Shown one piece after another: positions 24,659-34,176 of a stretch of DNA of 64,000 nucleotides. Origin of the DNA: an uncultured virus (IMG/VR IMGVR_UViG_3300034021_001069) (taxonomy: Duplodnaviria; Heunggongvirae; Uroviricota; Caudoviricetes); IMG/VR virus record IMGVR_UViG_3300034021_001069. One strand, written 5' to 3'. How positions within the stretch are numbered: the stretch's first letter is position 1; every line of letters begins with the position of its first letter. A program made the translations under genes and the position numbers. A model generated the notes under the pieces. It searched no databases. It was not told the origin of the DNA and saw nothing but the letters and a program-made list of their open reading frames with translations.

Positions 24659-25426
24659 TTATGATTTTTCGTCTTCTTTCTTGAGCTTAACCTTCTTTTT
24701 CTTTAAAGAAGCATTATGTGCTTTAACATCGGGTCTCCAATCTTCTTCCCCAGGCTCATCTCTATCTTTATAGTGCCCAGAATAAGTTTGATATCTACCA
24801 TAATATCTTTCGGAAACTTGTTCTGATTCCTCCGACATACCATGAAGGGTTTTCCCTCTGGTTAGCTTATCAATAGCATGAGCACTTCTTAGGGTCTTTT
24901 CTGCGTAATCAGCACCATCTCTCTTTGGTAATTTAGTTGTGCTGTATTTCGGACCTGTTTTCTTTTCACCTGGCTTACTAGTAGATCTCCACTCTCTCTC
25001 ATGCTTTTTTTCTGCTGCTCTTTCTTGTGCAGCTAACTTTCTTAGTTCTTTTCTTTCTTCACTGCTCTCTTCAACATATTCAGTTTCTTCAAAATGCTTG
25101 CTAGCTGCCTTGACCATATCACGATGTGCTTTGGTCTTTTTCATATCAGCAATAGCCTTTTCATTATTTTTTTGACGCTTGTTCATATCAGTTTCTAGAT
25201 ATGAATCGTCTTTCTTTGCTTCTTCAATTTTATCATCATGTGTGCTGCAGCCTTCATCTTCCTCCCCCTTTTCCTTTTTCTTGAGGGATGCTTTCGCTTT
25301 GGTTTTCATCTCTTCGATTAAACCTTTAATACTGTCTCTATAAGTTTCTTTCATGAGATCTTCTGTTTTAGGATTTACAACTACACGTTTAAATTGCTTT
25401 CTCTTGGTGCTGTTATTATTCTCCAT
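24659..25426 (-). CDS. highly charged, probable head-internal protein
   Basis: K/E-rich modules separated by (I/V)xE motifs. Confidence 0.6.
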   Translation of the reverse strand: MENNNSTKRKQFKRVVVNPKTEDLMKETYRDSIKGLIEEMKTKAKASLKKKEKGEEDEGCSTHDDKIEEAKKDDSYLETDMNKRQKNNEKAIADMKKTKAHRDMVKAASKHFEETEYVEESSEERKELRKLAAQERAAEKKHEREWRSTSKPGEKKTGPKYSTTKLPKRDGADYAEKTLRSAHAIDKLTRGKTLHGMSEESEQVSERYYGRYQTYSGHYKDRDEPGEEDWRPDVKAHNASLKKKKVKLKKEDEKS

Positions 25427-27065
25427 CTTCAATCCCCATTGCTTGACGCCAAGAATATGATTCTCTATTAAGTTGCTTCTTCTCAGAAGGAGTTAGGGCA
25501 CCTCTCTGAGCACCTCTTGCTGCTTGCTTTGCTTTTACAGCAGGATCATTTGACTTGTGAGCATAACCATGGAGACCAGGAGATGATGATGTTGTCTTAC
25601 GGAAGTCACCTCTTTGCTTTCTCGCAAGTTCTTGTCTCGCCTTTGCCTTCTTATCGTCACCATAGGTTGGTCTGTTCTCAAGTGCAGTTGCTCTATCTGC
25701 AGACTTACCGCCACCAGTAGACTTAGCAATCTTATTACGAATAGGTGCTTCATCATATCCACGCTTTGCCATTGCAGTTGCTTCATCAATTTCAAACTGC
25801 TCCTTAGCAATCTCACCCATTGCCTTTTGCTTACGCAGTTTCTTAGGATTCTTGGTTACTGAACCACCATATCCCTCTCCATCATATCCAGTATGACCAT
25901 AATCATCAGCACCTCTAGACCAATTTCTACGAGCTTGATCCATTTCACCTCTTGAACCGTAGCGAGTACTTCCACTTGCTAGTCGATTCTGTCTGCTTGC
26001 GTGCTTTTCTGCTTCCTTTACTTTTTTGGTTTTCTCACCCCTTTGTGAATACTCACTTGCAGGTTTACGCATTCTACTAAGAGTCAGTTTACTCATTGCA
26101 GATCTAGCATTTGGAGTTTGACCATAAGAACCCTCTGCTTCAGCAATTACCTCATCATCAATTTCAAACTCTTCTTTGCGAGTTGTCATTGCTTTAGCAA
26201 TCGCAGCACGGCGATTCTTTAGATACTTATCGTTCTTATCATTCTTCTTGCCATCATTATCAACGTCGGAATCTTCCTTACCTACAGCATCTAAAGCTTC
26301 TCCAAGCTTTCTACCACCTCTACGAGCAGTTAAGACTGCTGCAATTGCTGCCTTTCTTCTTTCTTCTTTAGTTCTTCCTGCTAGTTGAGCAGACTTCGAA
26401 GATTGGAAATCTTTGATTGCAGTTCCCATATCAGTTTTAGATGTAATCTTTTCATCTAAATGCTCTACTGATTCTTTGGGAACACAGTTGGGAACATCTC
26501 TACTACCTTTCTTTTTCATCCCAACCATTTCATATCCTTTCCAGCAAGGATCATCTTGCTTTCCTTTATTTCCAATATATTTTTTCTTTTCATCTAGCAT
26601 CTGCTGATGTAGATCTTCAATATCAATTCCTTCCTGAACGCCAATTCCCATTGCTGCCTTGATGCCAAGGTCAGAAGGCTTTCTTGCAGACTTGTTGCCC
26701 TTCTTGTCTGTAATCATATAGCTACCATCAGATCTCTTACTGGTAACTACAACTTGCTGACCATTGTATTGATATACTCTACCAATATTTCTATCTTCAG
26801 TTTCTTCTCTCTTCTTCATCAACTTATCTTTTTCAACTGGAAATCCAGCATAACCTTCCATAGGCTCATCATACTGCTCCACTTCAGAATAAACTTTTAA
26901 TGCAGCATCCTTTAATCTCTTTGTTGGAAGAGCTTGATTGTTAGCAATAAACTCAGAAAAGCTGATCTCTTCCATAAGACCAAGCTCAACCTGTCTGAGA
27001 ATTTTTGTTTGCTCTTCAATAGAATAGCCAATTAATGAAGAGGCTAGGGAAAGTGAAAGACTCAT
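25416..27065 (-). CDS. modular charged, probable head-internal protein
   Basis: DPCWKGYEMVG...NCVPKE, DVDNDG, repeated FEIDE/LDE/IAE motifs. Confidence 0.65.
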   Translation of the reverse strand: MSLSLSLASSLIGYSIEEQTKILRQVELGLMEEISFSEFIANNQALPTKRLKDAALKVYSEVEQYDEPMEGYAGFPVEKDKLMKKREETEDRNIGRVYQYNGQQVVVTSKRSDGSYMITDKKGNKSARKPSDLGIKAAMGIGVQEGIDIEDLHQQMLDEKKKYIGNKGKQDDPCWKGYEMVGMKKKGSRDVPNCVPKESVEHLDEKITSKTDMGTAIKDFQSSKSAQLAGRTKEERRKAAIAAVLTARRGGRKLGEALDAVGKEDSDVDNDGKKNDKNDKYLKNRRAAIAKAMTTRKEEFEIDDEVIAEAEGSYGQTPNARSAMSKLTLSRMRKPASEYSQRGEKTKKVKEAEKHASRQNRLASGSTRYGSRGEMDQARRNWSRGADDYGHTGYDGEGYGGSVTKNPKKLRKQKAMGEIAKEQFEIDEATAMAKRGYDEAPIRNKIAKSTGGGKSADRATALENRPTYGDDKKAKARQELARKQRGDFRKTTSSSPGLHGYAHKSNDPAVKAKQAARGAQRGALTPSEKKQLNRESYSWRQAMGIEDGE

Positions 27066-27092
27066 TTTTTAGTTTTACCTACTTTTATAATA

Positions 27093-28124
27093 CTATTTAT
27101 TTTTTCTAAACTCTGAGAATTTTACAACAGGTTGCCCTGGTGTCATTTTTTGAACATCCTCTCTATACTTATCGCCTCCAACATACCAATTATTTCCTGT
27201 CGATGATTGATCTGCAGACTCTTTCTTATTTACTTCATTCAATGAAGTAAGCCAAGCTCTATGAGAATTATTATCCTGATCAACAAAAATCAAATAGTTG
27301 GTTCCTCTGTGTAATACTTCTCCTCTAATTCCAGTATCCATGTGCTCAACAATGGCACCAATCTTATAGATATTTTCTAGAATATAGTGATGGCGTAGTG
27401 TTTCATAATCTAAGCTAGGAGCAATCTCCCATACTTCATGAATTGATTCGACCTTTTTCTTTTTGGCAGCAGGCTTCTTTTTCTCTTCTTTCTTAGCCAT
27501 TGCTGCCTGAACATCTTGCATTAATTTTTTCGAATGCTCTGGATCTGTTCCTTTTGGCATCCCAGTATGAAAGCTTTCATGATCATCTTTTTGAGCATGT
27601 AATCTTTGCTTAGATGCAGAAAGTGTTTCAATCGGATCCGTCGATTCTTCATCTCGGGCTCCTGCAGATTGAACATCAATCTTTTTAATATTTGGATACT
27701 TATCTTTATACTTGTCGAATAAAGATTGGAACTCTTCTACACGATCGTCACCTACTACCATCTTTACATGAGTATGTCCCTCATCGTGTAGACTTGACAT
27801 AATATCAAACACATTTCTGTGCTCTCCAGTAGTATCAATTTTATCCGCATGTTTTGGAAACAAATTCTGCATATGCGTAACCTTAGTCTTATGATCTAAG
27901 GGATTCTTTTTTGCGTCTTGTGATGGGCTAGCATAAACTCTATAGTTCTTACAAGCTTTACCACAAGAATCTAAAAGTTTACCATGACCAGCATGTGGAG
28001 GATTGAATCTTCCAAAGGTAAAAGCAATTTCCTTTTTCTCGGTAGGTTTTTTGGGGGCAGCTTGACCAGTTGTGGCTTTCTTTAAAGTCTCTACTGCTTC
28101 AAGAATAAATTGCCTAAATTTCAT
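27093..28124 (-). CDS. HIGH-family (cytidylyltransferase-like) nucleotidyltransferase
   Basis: FGRFNPPHAGH, VVGDDR, SASKQR. Confidence 0.85.
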   Translation of the reverse strand: MKFRQFILEAVETLKKATTGQAAPKKPTEKKEIAFTFGRFNPPHAGHGKLLDSCGKACKNYRVYASPSQDAKKNPLDHKTKVTHMQNLFPKHADKIDTTGEHRNVFDIMSSLHDEGHTHVKMVVGDDRVEEFQSLFDKYKDKYPNIKKIDVQSAGARDEESTDPIETLSASKQRLHAQKDDHESFHTGMPKGTDPEHSKKLMQDVQAAMAKKEEKKKPAAKKKKVESIHEVWEIAPSLDYETLRHHYILENIYKIGAIVEHMDTGIRGEVLHRGTNYLIFVDQDNNSHRAWLTSLNEVNKKESADQSSTGNNWYVGGDKYREDVQKMTPGQPVVKFSEFRKNK

Positions 28125-29317
28125 TTTTTCCAATCCTTAGCTACTGTAAAATTTGCTCTAGAAAATTCAAGTCTGTCTACAAGTTTCATTGCCATCCCAT
28201 CTTTAATTGCAACAAATCCTTCTGGAGAAGTCGCACGGTATCCATTTTCATCCTCTAAAAATGTTCCCACACCTTCAATCTTCTTAAGCTTATTGATAAG
28301 CTGAATTTTTGCAGCCATCAAATTTTTAAATCCAGATAGTGCTGCAAACATAGTAGATTTATTACTATTTAGAAATTTGAGAGAATCTGCACGTTTCTTT
28401 TCCCACTCTAGTTTAGCTTTTTCTGTTTTCTTTTTGGTGATTTCTGCCTTATATCTTGCCTCAACAAAGGAAGCAAAGCCAGCAGCCATTGCACTAGAAT
28501 TACTAGGAATGACTCCCTTTTTAATTACATCGTTGAAGTAAATTTTAAATAAGGCTGCATAGTCAAATGACTTTGTGCCCCCGCCAATAATATCCAGAAA
28601 TGGTTTTCCCTGCTTTAAGTTTCTTTCAGCAACAGTAATGCTATTGTTGAGTTTTGCTTTTTCAGTTGTGCTCAAATTAGCTGCACCCCCAACATTTTGG
28701 AATGTTGCAGAGAATACAGCAACTTTAGAATATCCCTGATATGGAGATACATCAACACCAAACCCAGCATTCATAGTTGCCATACTAGTTCCAGTATAGT
28801 GAGTATGAAATACAATACCCATTTCACTATTGCCTACTTTTTTACCAAGCTCCGTATTTGCGTCAACACAATAAGTAATTGTGTTTGGTCTAAATCTATA
28901 GCAATCTTTACCCCCCATCTTTGCTAACGGAGGGGTTTGAGTATATAAAAGATCTCCTTGAATTACTCCTTTAATTCCAAGCTTGGATAAATGTGCTAAA
29001 CACATCTTTAATTTATCTTTAATTGGATGATCTCCATACCAAAGATCTATGTCTGCATCATCGTAGCATATCTTCGGTTCAGTTTTTGCAAAAACAGATT
29101 TCGTGCCAACAAAGAAAAATCCTGTTTCAGGATCAGTTCCACAAAAAATAGCAGGGGCGCCATCCCATTTAACAGTTACTTTCGTTCCTGTTCCATTTCC
29201 ATTTTCAGTAAGCATATCTCGAAGAGACTTTAAAAATGTCAATGCATTCTGAGCACCAGCATATCCATTATTAAAGATGTCATCTTCTAAGTGTTCTAGG
29301 TGAGTGTTTTTTGCCAT
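28121..29317 (-). CDS. ligase-superfamily nucleotidyltransferase-like protein (DUF6267-like)
   Basis: TVKWDGA (KxDG), IQGDLL, PEGFVA, MKLVDR. Confidence 0.7.
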   Translation of the reverse strand: MAKNTHLEHLEDDIFNNGYAGAQNALTFLKSLRDMLTENGNGTGTKVTVKWDGAPAIFCGTDPETGFFFVGTKSVFAKTEPKICYDDADIDLWYGDHPIKDKLKMCLAHLSKLGIKGVIQGDLLYTQTPPLAKMGGKDCYRFRPNTITYCVDANTELGKKVGNSEMGIVFHTHYTGTSMATMNAGFGVDVSPYQGYSKVAVFSATFQNVGGAANLSTTEKAKLNNSITVAERNLKQGKPFLDIIGGGTKSFDYAALFKIYFNDVIKKGVIPSNSSAMAAGFASFVEARYKAEITKKKTEKAKLEWEKKRADSLKFLNSNKSTMFAALSGFKNLMAAKIQLINKLKKIEGVGTFLEDENGYRATSPEGFVAIKDGMAMKLVDRLEFSRANFTVAKDWKK

Positions 29318-30666
29318 TATGGTTGAACTCCAATTGTATCTCGATATGGATTGCCGATAGAAGACTTAACTCTCAAGTAAAAGTTATCAGAGGGATCTAA
29401 TCTATTTCTTAGATGGTTTTCCATGTAAAACTCAGGCAGCCCCCTAACAGTTCTAAACTTATAGTATACAACTTCCCTCATAACAAACTCTTCCATCACC
29501 TTACGGTATGTGAATTTTTTCTTCACTGAGCTAAGTTTGCCGATAGAAGTTTGAGCAATAAGAGAAGCTAATGATACATATCCTTTAGCTTGAATTGTGG
29601 GATGACCCTCCCTCCAGTATGTCACTCCTTCATTATAATACTCTGCAGCGAGGTCAAGCCATAGGTCTTGTGCCTCTTGCACAACTGTCTCCTCGGGATC
29701 GCCATCTACAGGAACCATAGAAGTTATACCGTTTACCACTGAAGTTGGAAATTCACTAGGATAAGTCTCAACTGCAAATTTCAAAGCTTTGAATGATCCA
29801 ACTCTAACACCATCTCCAGCAAGTATCTCTAACATCTTAAAATCTGGTGTTGATCTATATTCAACTGCCCACTGATCATGATCATATCTAGATAATAGAT
29901 TTACAATATCTGATGTTTTTACTACGTTAGTGGTTCCAGATATCTTCTTAACTGAAAATTTATATTCTCTTTCTTTATCATCATAGATCAAAAAGTCAAC
30001 CAGAGGAAAGTTCCCTTCTATTGGTAAAAATACTAATCCGTTTCTTTTGTTTAGTTCAGGGAATCCATAGCTAGCTAAATCAGCTTCTGCTCTATCTAAT
30101 ACACAAAGTGGAGCAATAATCTCAGAAAAATCTTTATCTACTGCATTCATGCAGTCAATATATTCAGAATTTTGAAGTTCATTAAATGCAGCTACTAATC
30201 CAGGTCTATCTGATGGATCATGATTAATACAATATTCCGTCAATTCCTTTAAATAATTTTTAAGAATCATTGGAACTTCATTATCTGGTCTCAAGTCGAT
30301 AGCCTTAATGACGGCATCATAATATTTTTTGACTGTCATTTTTGAACCTGTGATCCCAACAAATCTTTCTGGCTTTAAATCACAAGTAACTTTGACTTTT
30401 CCTCCAGTGGATACTCCAGGCTTATTTAAATTTGGTGTTGCAATCCAACCTTCTTTATTTGAGTCGAAAGTTATCTTCACCCTAGGAACATAATTTGTAG
30501 CATCGATCGGATGAACATGCACAACAGCAGCCCTAGGAAGATCTGCAATTTTTGTAGCTCTTGCCCCGTCTCCATTATATATTGGGCTCTCTTTCCTAAG
30601 GGTTATTTGAAAACCCTCAGAATAATATCTGGTATACTTATACCAAGAATCCCTAATACTTGCCAT
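29317..30666 (-). CDS. hypothetical protein, possible PD-(D/E)XK nuclease with SH3-like N-terminus
   Basis: KEGWIA, NFPLVDF...KFSVKK, CTAAATA upstream. Confidence 0.5.
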   Translation of the reverse strand: MASIRDSWYKYTRYYSEGFQITLRKESPIYNGDGARATKIADLPRAAVVHVHPIDATNYVPRVKITFDSNKEGWIATPNLNKPGVSTGGKVKVTCDLKPERFVGITGSKMTVKKYYDAVIKAIDLRPDNEVPMILKNYLKELTEYCINHDPSDRPGLVAAFNELQNSEYIDCMNAVDKDFSEIIAPLCVLDRAEADLASYGFPELNKRNGLVFLPIEGNFPLVDFLIYDDKEREYKFSVKKISGTTNVVKTSDIVNLLSRYDHDQWAVEYRSTPDFKMLEILAGDGVRVGSFKALKFAVETYPSEFPTSVVNGITSMVPVDGDPEETVVQEAQDLWLDLAAEYYNEGVTYWREGHPTIQAKGYVSLASLIAQTSIGKLSSVKKKFTYRKVMEEFVMREVVYYKFRTVRGLPEFYMENHLRNRLDPSDNFYLRVKSSIGNPYRDTIGVQP

Positions 30667-30700
30667 TAAAAAAGAGGGGAGTTTACCCCTCTATTTAGAA

Positions 30701-31234
30701 TTAAATGTCTCCGTCTTTCCTGTTTTCGGATCGCTCTACACTAAAATTTCCTTCAGGATATCGAGCAGCCAATTTAAGCGTATTGATAAAGATAACTTCA
30801 TCAAAGCTAACACCAAGTGCAAGACATGCTTGTGCAGCATACCACATAATGTCACCCAGTTCTTTGATAAGATGTTCGTGATTGTCGTCATTCCACGGCT
30901 TTCCTTGGAAAAGCATTTTCTTTACAATCTCTTGAAACTCTCCAGCTTCTGCAGATAGACCAGCAGCAGCGGTTGCAAGACGAGATACTTTACATCCCGA
31001 TTCTTCAAGATCTAAAACACGCTGAACAAAACTAGAAGTTTGCTTCGTGCATTCACTAGTAGTGAGATCTACAAACTCAACATATTTATGGAAGTCTGCT
31101 TCAAATTTACCATCGGTAGCATCTTCAGTTTTTGCTTGGGCTTCTTTAACACGCTTTGATCCTTGAGGAGCAAAGCCTTTTTTGTTAGCAATATCTTCTA
31201 CTGTAGGAATTTTATTTTCTTGTTGTTCTGACAT
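30701..31234 (-). CDS. mazG: MazG-like NTP pyrophosphohydrolase
   Basis: GLSAEAGEFQEIVKK, KELGDIMWY, KLAARYP. Confidence 0.9.
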   Translation of the reverse strand: MSEQQENKIPTVEDIANKKGFAPQGSKRVKEAQAKTEDATDGKFEADFHKYVEFVDLTTSECTKQTSSFVQRVLDLEESGCKVSRLATAAAGLSAEAGEFQEIVKKMLFQGKPWNDDNHEHLIKELGDIMWYAAQACLALGVSFDEVIFINTLKLAARYPEGNFSVERSENRKDGDI

Positions 31235-31236
31235 AA

Positions 31237-32610
31237 TTAGACTTTGAACTCTTCGAATTTGGTGAAAGTTTTAAATTTCGATTGCTTCTCTTCTGGTTCT
31301 TGACCAGAATTAAGAATCCCATCTTGGGCAGACTGCTCGCAATCATACAGTCTCATTTTCGCTCTGTCAATACCAACGACAAATCTTTTGTTGATGGTAG
31401 GATCATTATACCTGTTTTTTAATTGCTTTACAAGTATCTGACCTAGTTGTTCTAGTTCTTCTGTGCTGATCAATGCAAACATAAAGTCTGCAGTGGCAGG
31501 AAGACCAAAAGATTCGGAAGTATCTGTAAGTTCAACATCAGAGTTTCCATATCCACTACGAGTGGTTTGGGTAGCAGAAACAATAGGAACATTTTCCTCT
31601 ACAGCTAATCCACGAAGTTCTTCAGCAATTGCTTTGACAAAGGTATAGCTATTTACAATGTTTCCTTTGTATCTACTGCTGCTACAGATGTTCAGATAGT
31701 CGATGAAAATAATATCAGGAGCGAAACCCTTTTTCATCAATAGCTCTTTAATCAAAGCTTTAAAGTGACCAACGTGAGCAGAAGCAGTAGGATATTCTTT
31801 GATAATTAGTCTACCATGCGTCTTCTTGGAGATATTATCAACTTTACTTTCGAACAATGTTTTAGGTAGATCAGTAAGTTGACGGATGTTTACATTCATC
31901 AAGTTAGCATCAATACGTTCAGCAATTCTTTCTTCTGCCATTTCCATGGTAATGTATAAAACATGTTTACCTTGCAGTAAACATGCTGATGCCATATGGC
32001 ACATAAAAAGTGATTTGCCAACTCCAGTTCCTGCAAGTGCAATGTTCAGAGTTTTTTTTGGTAATCCACCTTTTGTAATTTTATTAAACATCTCCAAATC
32101 AAATGGAAGCTTTTCTTCTTTCTGATGGTAGAACTCGTATCTTTCTAATGAATCATTAATATAATCGTGACCCACATGCTCATCAAAAGAAGTAGATAAT
32201 GCCTCGCTCAATATAGTAGGGATTGCATCCTTAGATCTAGTCTTGTCTTTACCATCAGCAATCTTAACTGCATCCAATAAGGCAAGATATACTGCTCTTT
32301 CTTTGCACCACTTTTCTGTAGTATCCAAAAGCCATTCGTGATTATATTGATCACCATCTAAAGATGACAAGAATCCATCTATACTTTTGAATACTTCATC
32401 ACTGAGATCTCTACGCTTTTCTATTTCAATCTTTACTGCATTTTCTTTTGGGAGGGAATCATACTCAGTGACATGCTTATAGATCTCCTGAAAAATAATT
32501 TTATTTGAAAGAGTTTCAAAGTATTCCTCTTTAATATAAGGTAAAACTTTTCTTGTATACTTTTCTTCAAGTAGCAATTTTGAGATGATTATGTTTTCAA
32601 TTTTTAGCAT
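31237..32610 (-). CDS. replicative helicase gp41
   Basis: AGTGVGKS, IDYLNI, ATQTTR, SESFGLPATAD, KNRY. Confidence 0.96.
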   Translation of the reverse strand: MLKIENIIISKLLLEEKYTRKVLPYIKEEYFETLSNKIIFQEIYKHVTEYDSLPKENAVKIEIEKRRDLSDEVFKSIDGFLSSLDGDQYNHEWLLDTTEKWCKERAVYLALLDAVKIADGKDKTRSKDAIPTILSEALSTSFDEHVGHDYINDSLERYEFYHQKEEKLPFDLEMFNKITKGGLPKKTLNIALAGTGVGKSLFMCHMASACLLQGKHVLYITMEMAEERIAERIDANLMNVNIRQLTDLPKTLFESKVDNISKKTHGRLIIKEYPTASAHVGHFKALIKELLMKKGFAPDIIFIDYLNICSSSRYKGNIVNSYTFVKAIAEELRGLAVEENVPIVSATQTTRSGYGNSDVELTDTSESFGLPATADFMFALISTEELEQLGQILVKQLKNRYNDPTINKRFVVGIDRAKMRLYDCEQSAQDGILNSGQEPEEKQSKFKTFTKFEEFKV

Positions 32611-33182
32611 TATCGATAATGTAAATAGGTTCCTAAAATAAGCTTATCATCACTCACTGCCATTTTACCAGAATGTGGATACATCCACATAGGAGGAAAC
32701 ATTAGTAATCTACCTTCAACTGGATTGACAGAATAAGAAATGTTATCAAATACAGTCTCTCCACCAACCTCTACTGTATTGAGATACCAAAACATCACTA
32801 AAAATCTTCTGGCAGAATCATGATTGCCGACATCGACATGGGTATCGAACCTGTCATCAGTTCCTTTACGATAAAGCTTCAATCGTATTTGTTCTAGGGC
32901 GTTCTCTGGAGGCCAACTGTCTTTGCAATTAGTTTCTTCCATATAGGTGTAACTATACTGCCTAATGTTGTCTACTAGTTGCGAATGAATTTTTGCCCAA
33001 AAATCATCATCTGAATTTGTTTCAATGTGATTTGTGATATTGAAACTAGTGAATTGAGGTTTACCCTCATGCTCCCACCTCTCATGTAGGGATGGGGTTT
33101 CCTTAAATTTTTTAACAATATTTCTACACACATTAGAGTCTAAAGCATTATCATAGACTCTAATATAATCTTTAAGCTCCAT
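32610..33182 (-). CDS. 2OG-Fe(II) oxygenase (prolyl-hydroxylase-like)
   Basis: HVD, WYLN, GGET, FPPMWMYPH. Confidence 0.88.
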   Translation of the reverse strand: MELKDYIRVYDNALDSNVCRNIVKKFKETPSLHERWEHEGKPQFTSFNITNHIETNSDDDFWAKIHSQLVDNIRQYSYTYMEETNCKDSWPPENALEQIRLKLYRKGTDDRFDTHVDVGNHDSARRFLVMFWYLNTVEVGGETVFDNISYSVNPVEGRLLMFPPMWMYPHSGKMAVSDDKLILGTYLHYR

Positions 33183-34176
33183 AGGAGAATTTCTTTCTCG
33201 CAATTTCATCTAGTTTCTCCATTACTTCTGGGGTAAAATATTCATCGGGATTTGCAAGAATTTGCTTAGCGTAGATTTTCTTACCATCCATTTCATATCT
33301 TCCTGCCACGTTCTTCCACATTCCACCTTCTTCTCCAAGCTCAAGAAGACCATAATACCTATCTAATCCACGCTGGTCATAAAATAAACGAACCTCAACA
33401 TCTTGATTTTCTTTACTTAGACGCGACTTAACAGCCTTTGCTTTGATAATATTTCCAACGACTTCTGTTCCATCTTTTTCCTTTTTCTTACTAAGATAAA
33501 TGATAGTAGAGCTGGCATACTTAAGACCACTGCCACCACCCATCTCTTTAGTAGGAACGTAAGCACCAATAACATCATAAGTATGATTCGTAACAAGCAT
33601 TGGAATATTTGCCTGCCCAAGCTTTAAAGTTAACATTCTAAATGCACCCTTAATAAGTTGCGATTTAGTCATGTCACGAACTTGCTTATCATTTAAAGCA
33701 TCCGTAATTTCCTTTTCAGTTGAGAGCATCCCCAAAGAGTCTAGCACAAACATGCAGGGCTTGCGCTCAAGTACAGCTTTCTTCATATAAATGTCAACTG
33801 CTTTGAGAGCTTTGCTTCTGAAGTCTTCAACTGTAACTACGTTAACGATAACTGTTCTAGTAATATCAACTCCACGAGACTCTAGAAGTGATTTAGTGAT
33901 AGCAGCCTCAGTGTCAAAGTAGAGACAGTAACCATCGGGATTATTATCAAGAAAGTTCTTAACAACGGCGAGAGAGAAAAAAGTCTTTCCAGTAGAAGAC
34001 TCTCCAGCAATAGCAGTAATCTTATTCCCAGATACACCGCCAAAAATGCTACCTGAAACCAGTGCATTAAAAATGTATGAACCCGTGTCAACATAAGTCT
34101 CTGTTTCATCAATATTGGAAGCTAGTTGTGTGAACTCACCACCAATTTCTTTTACAATGTCATTTAAAAAATTCAT
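33172..34176 (-). CDS. uvsX: RecA-like recombinase
   Basis: GESSTGKT, FDTE, LDSLGML, MGGGSGLKY. Confidence 0.95.
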   Translation of the reverse strand: MNFLNDIVKEIGGEFTQLASNIDETETYVDTGSYIFNALVSGSIFGGVSGNKITAIAGESSTGKTFFSLAVVKNFLDNNPDGYCLYFDTEAAITKSLLESRGVDITRTVIVNVVTVEDFRSKALKAVDIYMKKAVLERKPCMFVLDSLGMLSTEKEITDALNDKQVRDMTKSQLIKGAFRMLTLKLGQANIPMLVTNHTYDVIGAYVPTKEMGGGSGLKYASSTIIYLSKKKEKDGTEVVGNIIKAKAVKSRLSKENQDVEVRLFYDQRGLDRYYGLLELGEEGGMWKNVAGRYEMDGKKIYAKQILANPDEYFTPEVMEKLDEIARKKFSYGA

